DNA of 12,146 nucleotides from Chthonomonadales bacterium (GCA_037443035.1 JBBIPC010000040.1:1-12146); one strand, 5' to 3'; numbered from the stretch's first letter, positions 1 through 7,766 are shown. The notes: a model not told the origin generated them from the letters alone. Numbers and translations are program-made.

Positions 1-119
1 TCTACGACCGAGAAGAGAAACGGGAGATCTGCGTCTGTTCGAGCTACGAGGGCGGCAGAGACGCGCGCGATCGCGCCAAGATGATCGCCGACGCGCTGAA
101 CGGCGCATTCACCCGGTAG
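1..119 (+). CDS. 3' end of a hypothetical protein (partial, runs off left edge)
   Basis: Frame open from base 3 (YDREEKREICVCSSYEGGRDARDRAKMIADALNGAFTR) to TAG at 117-119; converges on the next gene with a 21-bp gap. Confidence 0.5.
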   Translation, partial: YDREEKREICVCSSYEGGRDARDRAKMIADALNGAFTR

Positions 120-140
120 GCCAGAAAACCCGCCTATTCA

Positions 141-920
141 TCACCCCTCTCCCTTCTTCTCGTCCTTCTTCTCTCCATCGGGCTGGTGGAGGAGCTTGAA
201 GGTGATCTTCGCTGCGCCGAACTGGGGGAGGGTGAGGCCGGTAATCGTCCCTTCCGACTTGAAGGGTTTGCCGGTGTCGCGTGCGACCAGCGAGACGGAT
301 TCTAGTTTCACCCGCTGGTCACCTTGAGGGGATTCCACGACGCCCTCCGCCACAGTTTTCACCTTGTAGGTATCCACGGGCACTGTATCGGACTTATTCT
401 CCAGTCCCACCAGCGTTACCACCACGTTCAGTTTCTTCGTACCGTCCTTGTTGGTCGGAACCTCTGTTTTCCATTCTTCTCCGACCTTGAGCGGCCGGTC
501 GGCTTCTGCAGGCGGCCGTGTCATGGAGAGCATCTGGCGGAACTGGCCCCCTTCGCCTTCCTCCTTCACGGGCTTGCCGTCCTTGTCCAGGGTTGCCGTC
601 ATGGTGACAGTCCGGAAGTTCGGCATGGGCATGGACTGGCCGTTGACAACGATCTCGGCCGCATCCACCGTGATGGAGCGGACCATGGTACCGTCCGCCT
701 TGATCTCGTTCGTCTTCTCGGTGGTCATGAAGACAACCTGGAGCTTCATGCCGTTGGCAGCTTCGACCTCGAACGTGTTCTTGTAGCGGTCCACTTCGCC
801 AGCCTTGAAGGACCGCTTGATGGTATAGGCATCCTGGGCGACGGCCGGGCTCGGGCCGATTCCGAGAAGGAGCAGGCATACGGTGGACACTGCCAGGATG
901 GCGCGGATGGGGTGAGTCAT
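141..920 (-). CDS. Secreted beta-strand-rich hypothetical protein (259 aa), possibly DUF6263-like
   Basis: ATG at 920 preceded by AAAGGA; Sec signal MTHPIRAILAVSTVCLLLLGIGPSPAVA|Q; alternating beta pattern and RPLKVGEEW motif; charged C-tail. Family call tentative. Confidence 0.8.
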   Translation of the reverse strand: MTHPIRAILAVSTVCLLLLGIGPSPAVAQDAYTIKRSFKAGEVDRYKNTFEVEAANGMKLQVVFMTTEKTNEIKADGTMVRSITVDAAEIVVNGQSMPMPNFRTVTMTATLDKDGKPVKEEGEGGQFRQMLSMTRPPAEADRPLKVGEEWKTEVPTNKDGTKKLNVVVTLVGLENKSDTVPVDTYKVKTVAEGVVESPQGDQRVKLESVSLVARDTGKPFKSEGTITGLTLPQFGAAKITFKLLHQPDGEKKDEKKGEG

Positions 921-979
921 GTTCGTTCCTTTCGTCTGTTGTTGGCGCAGCACTCCAGCGCTACGCATCGTGAGATAGT

Positions 980-2269
980 TCATAGGACAACAGGTGCCAG
1001 TACCTCCCGTGCTTCGGGCCCGGAGCGATGGGGATCCAGCAGGACGATCCCCTCCGGCCCAAAGGCGGCACTGACGGCAGGAGCACGGCCCTGCTGCATG
1101 TGGGCGTAGTTGCGGTCTCGCACATGGCGCGCGGCATGGATGATGGCCACGGTGATACGCGCCTCGTCGGCAGACGGATACGTTCCCTCGAGGTCTGCTG
1201 CAGAATCGCCGAGGAACTGAACACGGCAGGCGGCCAGAATCCCCGCGTAGATACTGTCCGTTCCATATCCGACGTAGGCAGCACTGCCGTCGGGCCTGGG
1301 GACATCGCGCGTGAAGTGGGTGTTCACTGTGCGGGATCCACGGCCAGCGCTCCAGAAGCGGAGTCCGCGGTACTGCTGGTCGCTCTCGATTTTCCCCAGC
1401 GTTCCCACGATCTCATGGCCCTGGTTCACTGGCCCCTCGAAATCTGCCGGCGTGATCCAGTTATTCAGGAACGTGACGCTCATGCCGTTGTCCCAGTCCA
1501 CCCGGACCTGGACGGAATCGTAGGTCGCGATGCCTCGGCTCACGAGGTACTTCTTCTGGCCGATGGCCGTAAGGCCGACTGGTTTGGCATGGAAGTAATG
1601 GTAGAAAAGGTCCACCCAATGGGGCCCTACGTAGGTGAAGGGGTCGCTATGCGCTGCCCACTCAAAGGTGCTTGTGGAAACCTCCAAGGGCTCTTCGAGA
1701 TAGGCAATTCCGTAGAGGGGTTGGCCTATGCGCGGGAGAAGGTCGTTCCGGATCCGGAGGTGGTCCGGGTCGTACCGTTTGTGCATATCCACGCACACCA
1801 CACGGCCTCGCCGTGCTGCTTCTGTGGCGATCTCCTCGGCTTCGCTAGCGTCCAGGCAGAGGGGCTTCTCCACGACGACGTGGCAATCAGCCCGGAGCGC
1901 CGCCATAACGGGCGCATGGTGAAGGTGGTCCGGCGTGGCGACCGCCAGCACATCCAGACCCGCATGGGAAGCGAGCATGGCTTCCCATGGCGAGTCCCCC
2001 CAATACGCTTCGGGCCGATGGCCGGTCAGGTCTTCGAAAGCTCCTGCGGCGCGGCAAGCCGACGTCTCGGTTCGGGCAGCCACAGCGACCAGCTCGAACT
2101 GCACATCGGCGAGTGGACGCGCGAATGCATCCAGGCCGAGCCTGCCAATGAAGGGAGCGATACCGGAACGCTGAAGGTCCGCGTACGCCCGAAGGTGGAC
2201 GTCTCCGCCGAACATGCCGACGCCCACGAGACCCATGCGGATACGGCGATCAGGCATGGTCCTTGGCAT
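980..2269 (-). CDS. Gfo/Idh/MocA family NAD(P)-dependent oxidoreductase, cytoplasmic
   Basis: Rossmann GLVGVGMFGG, VATPDHLH, VVVEKP, HKRYDP, GPHWVD. Start is either 2269 or 2257 (MPDRRI). Confidence 0.92.
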   Translation of the reverse strand: MPRTMPDRRIRMGLVGVGMFGGDVHLRAYADLQRSGIAPFIGRLGLDAFARPLADVQFELVAVAARTETSACRAAGAFEDLTGHRPEAYWGDSPWEAMLASHAGLDVLAVATPDHLHHAPVMAALRADCHVVVEKPLCLDASEAEEIATEAARRGRVVCVDMHKRYDPDHLRIRNDLLPRIGQPLYGIAYLEEPLEVSTSTFEWAAHSDPFTYVGPHWVDLFYHYFHAKPVGLTAIGQKKYLVSRGIATYDSVQVRVDWDNGMSVTFLNNWITPADFEGPVNQGHEIVGTLGKIESDQQYRGLRFWSAGRGSRTVNTHFTRDVPRPDGSAAYVGYGTDSIYAGILAACRVQFLGDSAADLEGTYPSADEARITVAIIHAARHVRDRNYAHMQQGRAPAVSAAFGPEGIVLLDPHRSGPEAREVLAPVVL

Positions 2270-2299
2270 TCCTTCGAGACTTGTCGAGACAGCGGCCCG

Positions 2300-3247
2300 T
2301 CACTTGCCAGGTTTGGCAGGAGGCTTCGTATTGGGCTTGGTGCCGGGCTTGGTGGCTGGTTTCGTCGTGGGCTGCGACGCCGGCTTGGTCTGCTCTTTGG
2401 GTCTCCTTGCTCGCTGAGCTGCTACTTCCACGGCCTTGGCTTTGGCCTGTTCAACGATGCCCTTGACCACGCTAGCCGGCAATACGAAGCTCGTGCCTGC
2501 GGTGCCGCCGCCTGACATGAGGCGCATGAACATGCTCAGGCCCATGGCCTCGGCGCTACCTGGCTCGTTCACTCCGGCAGGGATGGTAGTCAGCACGCCG
2601 ATGACCTCGCCACCCAACGCGAAGACAGGCAGGCCGAGTGTCGAAACGGAGCCTTCCAGCAACCAGGCCTTGCGGGGTGTGGCGATCTCGCCATTGACGA
2701 CGGCCGTCTGGAAGTAGGGAGCGTAATCATAGCCGCGGCCCAGCCTATTGACCTGCACGACTCGCTGGCCGACGAGAGCCTGCGTGCCAGCTCCGAAGTC
2801 CACGAACGGGAGCTTTCGGTCGCCCAGCCCTTCCACCTTGACGAACATGAGGTCCAGATTGGCGTCCGTGGCCGCCACGAAAGCCTCGTACTCGGTTTCC
2901 TCGTTGCCGAACACGACCTTGATGGTGGTGGGAGTCGTCTTCATCCCCATCTCTTCACGCATCTCGGCCGGCATGCCGAGCATCTCCATAGCCCTAGTTG
3001 GGGAGAACGCTGTGTTGGAGAGCATGACAAGACCATCTGGGCTGACGGTGACGCCGGTGAGGTTGATACGGGATTCCTGCGCTCGCGACTCACCACCGAA
3101 CTTCGATTCCGTCTTCAGTACCGCCTTGACGGTTACGATAGCCGGTGCAAGGCGGGCGACCAGCTTCTCTAGGCGATCGGTGTAGTCCTGGCCGAGGGCC
3201 GGCAGCGCACCTACAAGCACGAGGAATAGCGCTATTGGCGTACGCAT
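2300..3247 (-). CDS. Secreted trypsin-fold (S1/HtrA-like) protein, predicted catalytically inactive, with Lys/Pro/Thr C-tail
   Basis: Signal peptide; motifs TGVTVSPDGLV, DANLDLMFVKV, LPFVDF and GLPVFALGGEVIGV are collinear with the HtrA protease domain of the adjacent gene; no PDZ; starts 2 bp after the upstream stop with RBS AAAGGGA. Confidence 0.85.
   Translation of the reverse strand: MRTPIALFLVLVGALPALGQDYTDRLEKLVARLAPAIVTVKAVLKTESKFGGESRAQESRINLTGVTVSPDGLVMLSNTAFSPTRAMEMLGMPAEMREEMGMKTTPTTIKVVFGNEETEYEAFVAATDANLDLMFVKVEGLGDRKLPFVDFGAGTQALVGQRVVQVNRLGRGYDYAPYFQTAVVNGEIATPRKAWLLEGSVSTLGLPVFALGGEVIGVLTTIPAGVNEPGSAEAMGLSMFMRLMSGGGTAGTSFVLPASVVKGIVEQAKAKAVEVAAQRARRPKEQTKPASQPTTKPATKPGTKPNTKPPAKPGK
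2303..2401 (-). repeat. Degenerate 12-bp coding tandem repeat giving (T/A)KPx units
   Basis: PKEQTKPASQPTTKPATKPGTKPNTKPPAKPGK at the C-terminus. Confidence 0.75.
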
Positions 3248-3249
3248 GG

Positions 3250-5316
3250 CTATTTCCCTTTCTGGGGCGAGGTCGGACCTGATGCTGCGTTGAGCTTTGT
3301 CCAGTCCGGTTCGATGAATACGAAGTGGGTGCGGTACCCCCTCTGCACGAACAGCGTCATGACCTTGGGCTGCTCTTTCAGAATGCTGGCCATGACGCTT
3401 TCGAACGTCCCGACGTCAGGCGTGGCCTTGTGCTGCATACTGAGTACCACGTCCTGGGGGTTGAGGCCGGCCATGGCAGCCCACCCTCCTGGGGTGACGT
3501 CGGACACCATCACGCCGCGGGTCTCACGGAGCTGGCGAGACTCCATCCTGTCCATGGGGACGATGTCACGCACGGTGAACTCGAGGAACTCCTGCTTGGC
3601 AGTCTTGGCCGTCGAAGCCGACTTGGGGGTGGCTTCCAGCGCAACCGTGATAGTTTCGGGCTTGCCAGCGCGGAGGATCCCAAGCTTGGCGGATTCCCCA
3701 ACGACCATGGCCTCGATGGTCCTCTTGAGCTCTTCCGTGTCTTGCATGCGCGTGGCACGGACCGGCCGGCCGTTGATGGAAACGAGGATGTCGCCAGGTT
3801 GCAGGCCGGCTTTGGCTGCCTCGGTACCGGGGTAAACCTCCGTGATGCGATGGCCGCCAGCCTTGCTGAGCCCGAGCGCGCTGGCGACATCCGATGTGAC
3901 GACCTGCGTACGCACGCCGAGCCATGGCCGCGGCAGTTCCGTATCCACATCCGGTTCCTTTTCCTCGCGAGGCTTGATGCGGGTCACCAGTATCTCGTTC
4001 CGGCGCCGGAACACGACGGCCAGACCGTCGGCTGGTACCGATGCGAGGAGCTCTCTGGCGGCTGCGAGATTCGGGACCGGCTGACCGCCTAGCGAGACGA
4101 TGATATCGTCCGGCTGGAGCGGCGGCTGGGCAGCTTCGAAGGGATAGCCCGGGCGGGTGCTCGTCACCCGTACTCCCTGCGTAACCGGGAGCTTGCTCAG
4201 GAGCGCCCTGGTACGGGTCACCTGCTCGAGCGTGGCACCGACCGCTCGGAACTCGTCCTCGTCGCCCTTGACCTGCTCCATGACGGTTGGTATTGCCGAC
4301 AGCGTCTGTTCCTTCCCGTCGCGCAACACGGTCAGCTCCGCAGGCTTGCCGATCTCCAGGGCTGCAACCCGCTGGTAGACGAGCGGCACTTCCTCGAAGA
4401 ACCGGGCAGTCACGGGCACACCATTCAGTTTCAGCAGCACATCCCCCGGTCTGACGCCGGCCTTCTCCGCTGCCGACTCCGGTGCTACGTCGGAGATGAG
4501 AACACCTTCCTGGATGCCGAGCTTCTCGATGGGCAGGAAACTCACCCCGAGCCACGCACGCTCGATCACGCCCCCATCGAGCGCTTTGGCAAGGACCTCC
4601 TTCGCTATGTTCGATGGGATGGCGAAACCCAGCCCTCCTCCGTATCGGAGCTCGTTGATACCCACGACCTCTCCTTGCAGGTTCACGAGAGGGCCGCCGG
4701 AGTTGCCTGGCGCGATCTCGGCATCGTGCTGAATCCAGCGCGTGAAGAGACCCGTAGCCTCTCCCTCATCCAGCTCCATCTGCTCGATATCGTTGCGCGT
4801 CTCACTGACGAACACGCGCCGCGGGTTGGAGACGACCCCGAGCGTCAGCGACGAGGAAAGCATGAGGGGATTGCCCAGAGCCATGACGTAGTCGCCGATC
4901 TGTAGCTTGTCGGAATCGCCTAACGTGGCGAACGGGAGCGGCTTTCTTGGATCGGCACGCTTATCTGTCTGGAGCTTCAGAACGCTGAGGTCGGTAAGCG
5001 GATCGTGGACAACCACCGTGGCGGGCATGGTCTCGCCGTCGGGCAGCACGCAATCAATGCGGGTGGATCGTCCTGCAACGTGGTAGTTCGTCAGCACGTG
5101 TCCCTCCGGCGTGACGATGACGCCGCTACCCGCTCCAGGAGAGCGCTGGGATCGCCCCTCGGAGAAGTACCGCGTTACCACCGTGATGTTGACGAGCGCA
5201 GGATAGACTTTCTCACGTGCGCGCGCGATGTCTTGGCGCAGAGCATCCGGCGGCGACTGTGCCAGAGCGCTTGCCGCAGCAACCGTCATTGCGCAGTACA
5301 ACACTGCTAACCGCAT
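3250..5316 (-). CDS. HtrA/DegP-family periplasmic serine protease with four PDZ domains (688 aa)
   Basis: ATG 5316 (MRLAVLYCAMTVAAASALA|Q signal) with GGGGGA upstream; triad motifs TNYHV, DPLTDLSVLKL, PGNSGGPL; PDZ motifs AWLGV..AGVRPGDV, VGATL..PLQPDDII, PWLGV..AGLQPGDI, LEFTV..AGLNPQDV. Confidence 0.95.
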   Translation of the reverse strand: MRLAVLYCAMTVAAASALAQSPPDALRQDIARAREKVYPALVNITVVTRYFSEGRSQRSPGAGSGVIVTPEGHVLTNYHVAGRSTRIDCVLPDGETMPATVVVHDPLTDLSVLKLQTDKRADPRKPLPFATLGDSDKLQIGDYVMALGNPLMLSSSLTLGVVSNPRRVFVSETRNDIEQMELDEGEATGLFTRWIQHDAEIAPGNSGGPLVNLQGEVVGINELRYGGGLGFAIPSNIAKEVLAKALDGGVIERAWLGVSFLPIEKLGIQEGVLISDVAPESAAEKAGVRPGDVLLKLNGVPVTARFFEEVPLVYQRVAALEIGKPAELTVLRDGKEQTLSAIPTVMEQVKGDEDEFRAVGATLEQVTRTRALLSKLPVTQGVRVTSTRPGYPFEAAQPPLQPDDIIVSLGGQPVPNLAAARELLASVPADGLAVVFRRRNEILVTRIKPREEKEPDVDTELPRPWLGVRTQVVTSDVASALGLSKAGGHRITEVYPGTEAAKAGLQPGDILVSINGRPVRATRMQDTEELKRTIEAMVVGESAKLGILRAGKPETITVALEATPKSASTAKTAKQEFLEFTVRDIVPMDRMESRQLRETRGVMVSDVTPGGWAAMAGLNPQDVVLSMQHKATPDVGTFESVMASILKEQPKVMTLFVQRGYRTHFVFIEPDWTKLNAASGPTSPQKGK

Positions 5317-5346
5317 CGTATGGAATCCCCCGAGGCTCAATGGGCC

Positions 5347-5356
5347 TATCATACCA
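5347..5356. promoter_or_regulatory. Overlapping divergent -10 boxes
   Basis: Plus strand TATCAT 5347-5352; minus strand extended -10 TGgTATGAT (5356-5348). No clear -35 for either. Confidence 0.45.
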
Positions 5357-5361
5357 TTACG

Positions 5362-5433
5362 GGGAAGAGCCGTGTCCCGTTGAGGGCAGGAGTTCGACCC
5401 TCGGATCCCGAATGGAGATACGAACGCCTTCCC
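5362..5433 (+). promoter_or_regulatory. Putative structured 5' leader RNA of unknown class
   Basis: Nested pairings GGGAAG/CTTCCC, GC/GC, CGTGTC/GATACG, CCGTT/AATGG, GAGGG/CCCTC; lies between the -10 box and RBS AGGAGG (5434-5439). Confidence 0.45.
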
Positions 5434-5449
5434 AGGAGGGAGCACTGCC

Positions 5450-6733
5450 ATGGACTCAGCGTTGTTGACGAGGCGCGATTTCCTCGGCGCCGGCGGCCTG
5501 CTGGGATACGGATTTGCCTGGCAACCGGATGGGCCTGCCCAGAAGCGCTTGCCACCCAGCGAACGTATCACCCTGGGTTTCATTGGCGCAGGGAACATCG
5601 CCAACGCCCACGTCTGGCCCATGGTGGCACAGCCCGATACACAGGTCCTGGCCGTATGCGATGTTCAGGACAAGCGATGCAGGGCCATGGTGGACGGAGT
5701 GAATTCCCGCTACGGCACGAACGTCTGCAAGGGATATCGCGACTTTCGGGAACTGCTGGCTCGCGACGATATCGACGCGGTATTCATCTGTACCCCTGAC
5801 AACTGGCATGCGCTGCAGGTCATCGAGGCTGCCCGGGCAGGGAAACACTGCTACTCGGAGAAGCCCCTCAGCCGCACAGTGGCGGAAGGACGCGCCATGG
5901 TGGAGGCCGTCCGCCAGTACGGCGTAGTCTTCCAGCATGGCACCCAGCAACGGAGCGATCCGCTGTTTCGGCACGCCTGCGAGCTTGTACGAAACGGGCG
6001 GATCGGACGGGTCCACACGGTCCGTGTGGCCGTGGTCGGGAACGAGCCGAGGGGCTGGGGAATCCGGAAGCCAGTGCCGCCGGACGTGGACTGGGAAATG
6101 TGGCTAGGCCCGGCACCGTGGGCTCCTTACAGCGACGAGCGAATCCAGAACCTCCACTGGTTCTTCATCGAGGATTACTCAGCTGGCGGCTACATTTCGG
6201 GATGGGGCATCCATCATGTGGACATCGCCCAGTGGGGGCTTGGCATGGACCATACCGGACCCGTGACGTATGAGGGTAGAGGCACCTTCGCGCCAGACGG
6301 CATGACCGATACCCCAATCACGTGGCACGTGGAGTGCGAGTACGCCAGCGGCACGCGGATGATCTTCACAACCCCGAACGAGGCGCCCTTCGGGATTACA
6401 TTCGAGGGAACCGCGGGGACGGTCTTCGTGAACCGGGGCCAGTTCTGGACGAAGCCCGAAGCAATCGGCAGAGAACGTCTCGGTCCGGATGCGATCCACC
6501 TGTACCGTAGCGACAATCATCACCGGAACTTTCTCGACTGCATCCGTAACCGCCGCTCGACCGTCGCACCCGTGGAGGTCGGTCACCATTCTCAGATCAT
6601 CTGCAGCCTCAGCGACATCGCCATCCGCCTTGGCCGGAAGCTCCGCTGGGATCCGGCAAGAGAGCAGGTTGTTGGCGATACCGAAGCCAACCGGCTTCTG
6701 ACACGGGCAATGCGGTCGCCGTGGAGGATCTAG
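5450..6733 (+). CDS. Gfo/Idh/MocA family oxidoreductase with Tat signal
   Basis: RBS AGGAGG; twin-arginine TRRDFL; LGFIGAGNIA, CTPDNWH, YSEKP, GTQQRS, WEMWLGPAP, WGIHHVDIAQW. Confidence 0.95.
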   Translation: MDSALLTRRDFLGAGGLLGYGFAWQPDGPAQKRLPPSERITLGFIGAGNIANAHVWPMVAQPDTQVLAVCDVQDKRCRAMVDGVNSRYGTNVCKGYRDFRELLARDDIDAVFICTPDNWHALQVIEAARAGKHCYSEKPLSRTVAEGRAMVEAVRQYGVVFQHGTQQRSDPLFRHACELVRNGRIGRVHTVRVAVVGNEPRGWGIRKPVPPDVDWEMWLGPAPWAPYSDERIQNLHWFFIEDYSAGGYISGWGIHHVDIAQWGLGMDHTGPVTYEGRGTFAPDGMTDTPITWHVECEYASGTRMIFTTPNEAPFGITFEGTAGTVFVNRGQFWTKPEAIGRERLGPDAIHLYRSDNHHRNFLDCIRNRRSTVAPVEVGHHSQIICSLSDIAIRLGRKLRWDPAREQVVGDTEANRLLTRAMRSPWRI

Positions 6734-6798
6734 AACCAATGCGACCTTCGTTGGTATGAACCGATTGGCAGGGTTCGTCACAAAGGAGATAGGGAGCC

Positions 6799-7695
6799 AT
6801 GGCACACCGCAGAGAAGTACGATGGGAACGGATGTTTCCGGACGAGCTGGAAGCTGCTTTCGCGGAATGTCCCGTCGTCTATTTCCCTTACGGTCTATGC
6901 GAGCCGCACGGACCTCAGAACGCCGTGGGCCTTGACGCGTTGAAGGCCCATGCCATCGCGTGCCGTGCTGCAAGAGAACATGGTGGAATCGTCGCGCCGT
7001 TGGACTACTGGCATGTTCATGAGACGGGAGGCTACGCAGTATGGGCCCATGCACATGTGGGACAGGTGGAACGGACGTGGCTGACCGCAATGCCGCCGGC
7101 GCAGCATTTCCGCAACGTCTGCTACCACGTCCGCCAGGCAGATGCTTTGGGGTTCCATGCCGCCATCTTTCTGACCGGTCACTACGGACCCAACTGGCAG
7201 GACCTCGTCGACCTGCTGAAGCTCCTGCAGCCACGTGTGGGATGCCGTCTCTACGGCCTGCCCGACTTCGAGGCGAACATACCTGGGTTCGATAACGACG
7301 GCCGAAGCGGAGGTGATCATGCGGGTAAAGTGGAGACCTCGCTGCTCTGGGCTCTCGAGCCGGATTGCGTGGACGTGAGCCGCCTACCGCCCTCTGGTAC
7401 TCCAGGAACGCATATGGCCATGGGACCCAGCGCTGGCGAGGCCAACCGGCTCATCGGAGAGCGGATGGTGGCAGACGAAGTGCGATACCTTGGTAGGAAG
7501 GCTGCGGAGCTTCTGGACGAGTACGACCGCATCCGACCGACAGTGCGGTTGCGGACGTTCCTGGAAGTAGAGCGGCTCTGGCACGAGGTAGTGGAGCCAG
7601 CGCTACCGACCTTCCGGACGATCGCTCCAGAATGGAACGATACTTCCGAGCTTCCAGAGGACTCCCTCTGGTACCCCAACAGCGCGATTCCGTAG
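6799..7695 (+). CDS. Creatininase/MftE family metal-dependent amidohydrolase
   Basis: RBS GGGAG; PYGLCEPHGPQNAVGLD (ExHG..D), TGHYGPN and DHAGKVETS match the family metal-ligand motifs. Confidence 0.9.
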   Translation: MAHRREVRWERMFPDELEAAFAECPVVYFPYGLCEPHGPQNAVGLDALKAHAIACRAAREHGGIVAPLDYWHVHETGGYAVWAHAHVGQVERTWLTAMPPAQHFRNVCYHVRQADALGFHAAIFLTGHYGPNWQDLVDLLKLLQPRVGCRLYGLPDFEANIPGFDNDGRSGGDHAGKVETSLLWALEPDCVDVSRLPPSGTPGTHMAMGPSAGEANRLIGERMVADEVRYLGRKAAELLDEYDRIRPTVRLRTFLEVERLWHEVVEPALPTFRTIAPEWNDTSELPEDSLWYPNSAIP

Positions 7696-7698
7696 CAA

Positions 7699-7763
7699 GG
7701 CCCCTAGTGTTGCCTGTGGCACTTGGACCCCGTCTGACCCGAGCGAACGTCGGACCAGGGGCC
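7699..7763. terminator. Branched stem-loop between convergent genes (possible terminator or processing site)
   Basis: GGCCCCT (7699-7705)/AGGGGCC (7757-7763) enclosing TGCC/GGCA and TCTGAC/GTCGGA hairpins; no U-tract. Confidence 0.35.
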
Positions 7764-7766
7764 GGT

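Noticed and set aside
324..1109. 261-aa plus-strand ORF
   Set aside because: Antisense to a gene with RBS and signal peptide; no protein-like features.
1028..2515. 495-aa plus-strand ORF
   Set aside because: Antisense shadow of the oxidoreductase gene; no motifs; long shadow ORFs are common in GC-rich DNA.
3290..4905. Multiple overlapping ORFs inside the HtrA gene (e.g. 3566-4555, 3325-4092)
   Set aside because: Alternate-frame or antisense, with Arg/Gly/Ser-biased composition.
5361..5434. tRNA or tRNA-Sec (GGAAG...TTCGA...CTTCCCA look)
   Set aside because: TTCGA is mid-molecule rather than next to the acceptor 3' strand; no D or anticodon arms can be drawn. Kept only as a structured leader.
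5317..5622. 102-aa N-terminal extension of the HtrA ORF (790 aa call)
   Set aside because: Overlaps the divergent gene and promoter; the signal peptide starts at Met 5316.
6179..7234. 351-aa minus-strand ORF
   Set aside because: Spans two well-supported plus-strand genes.
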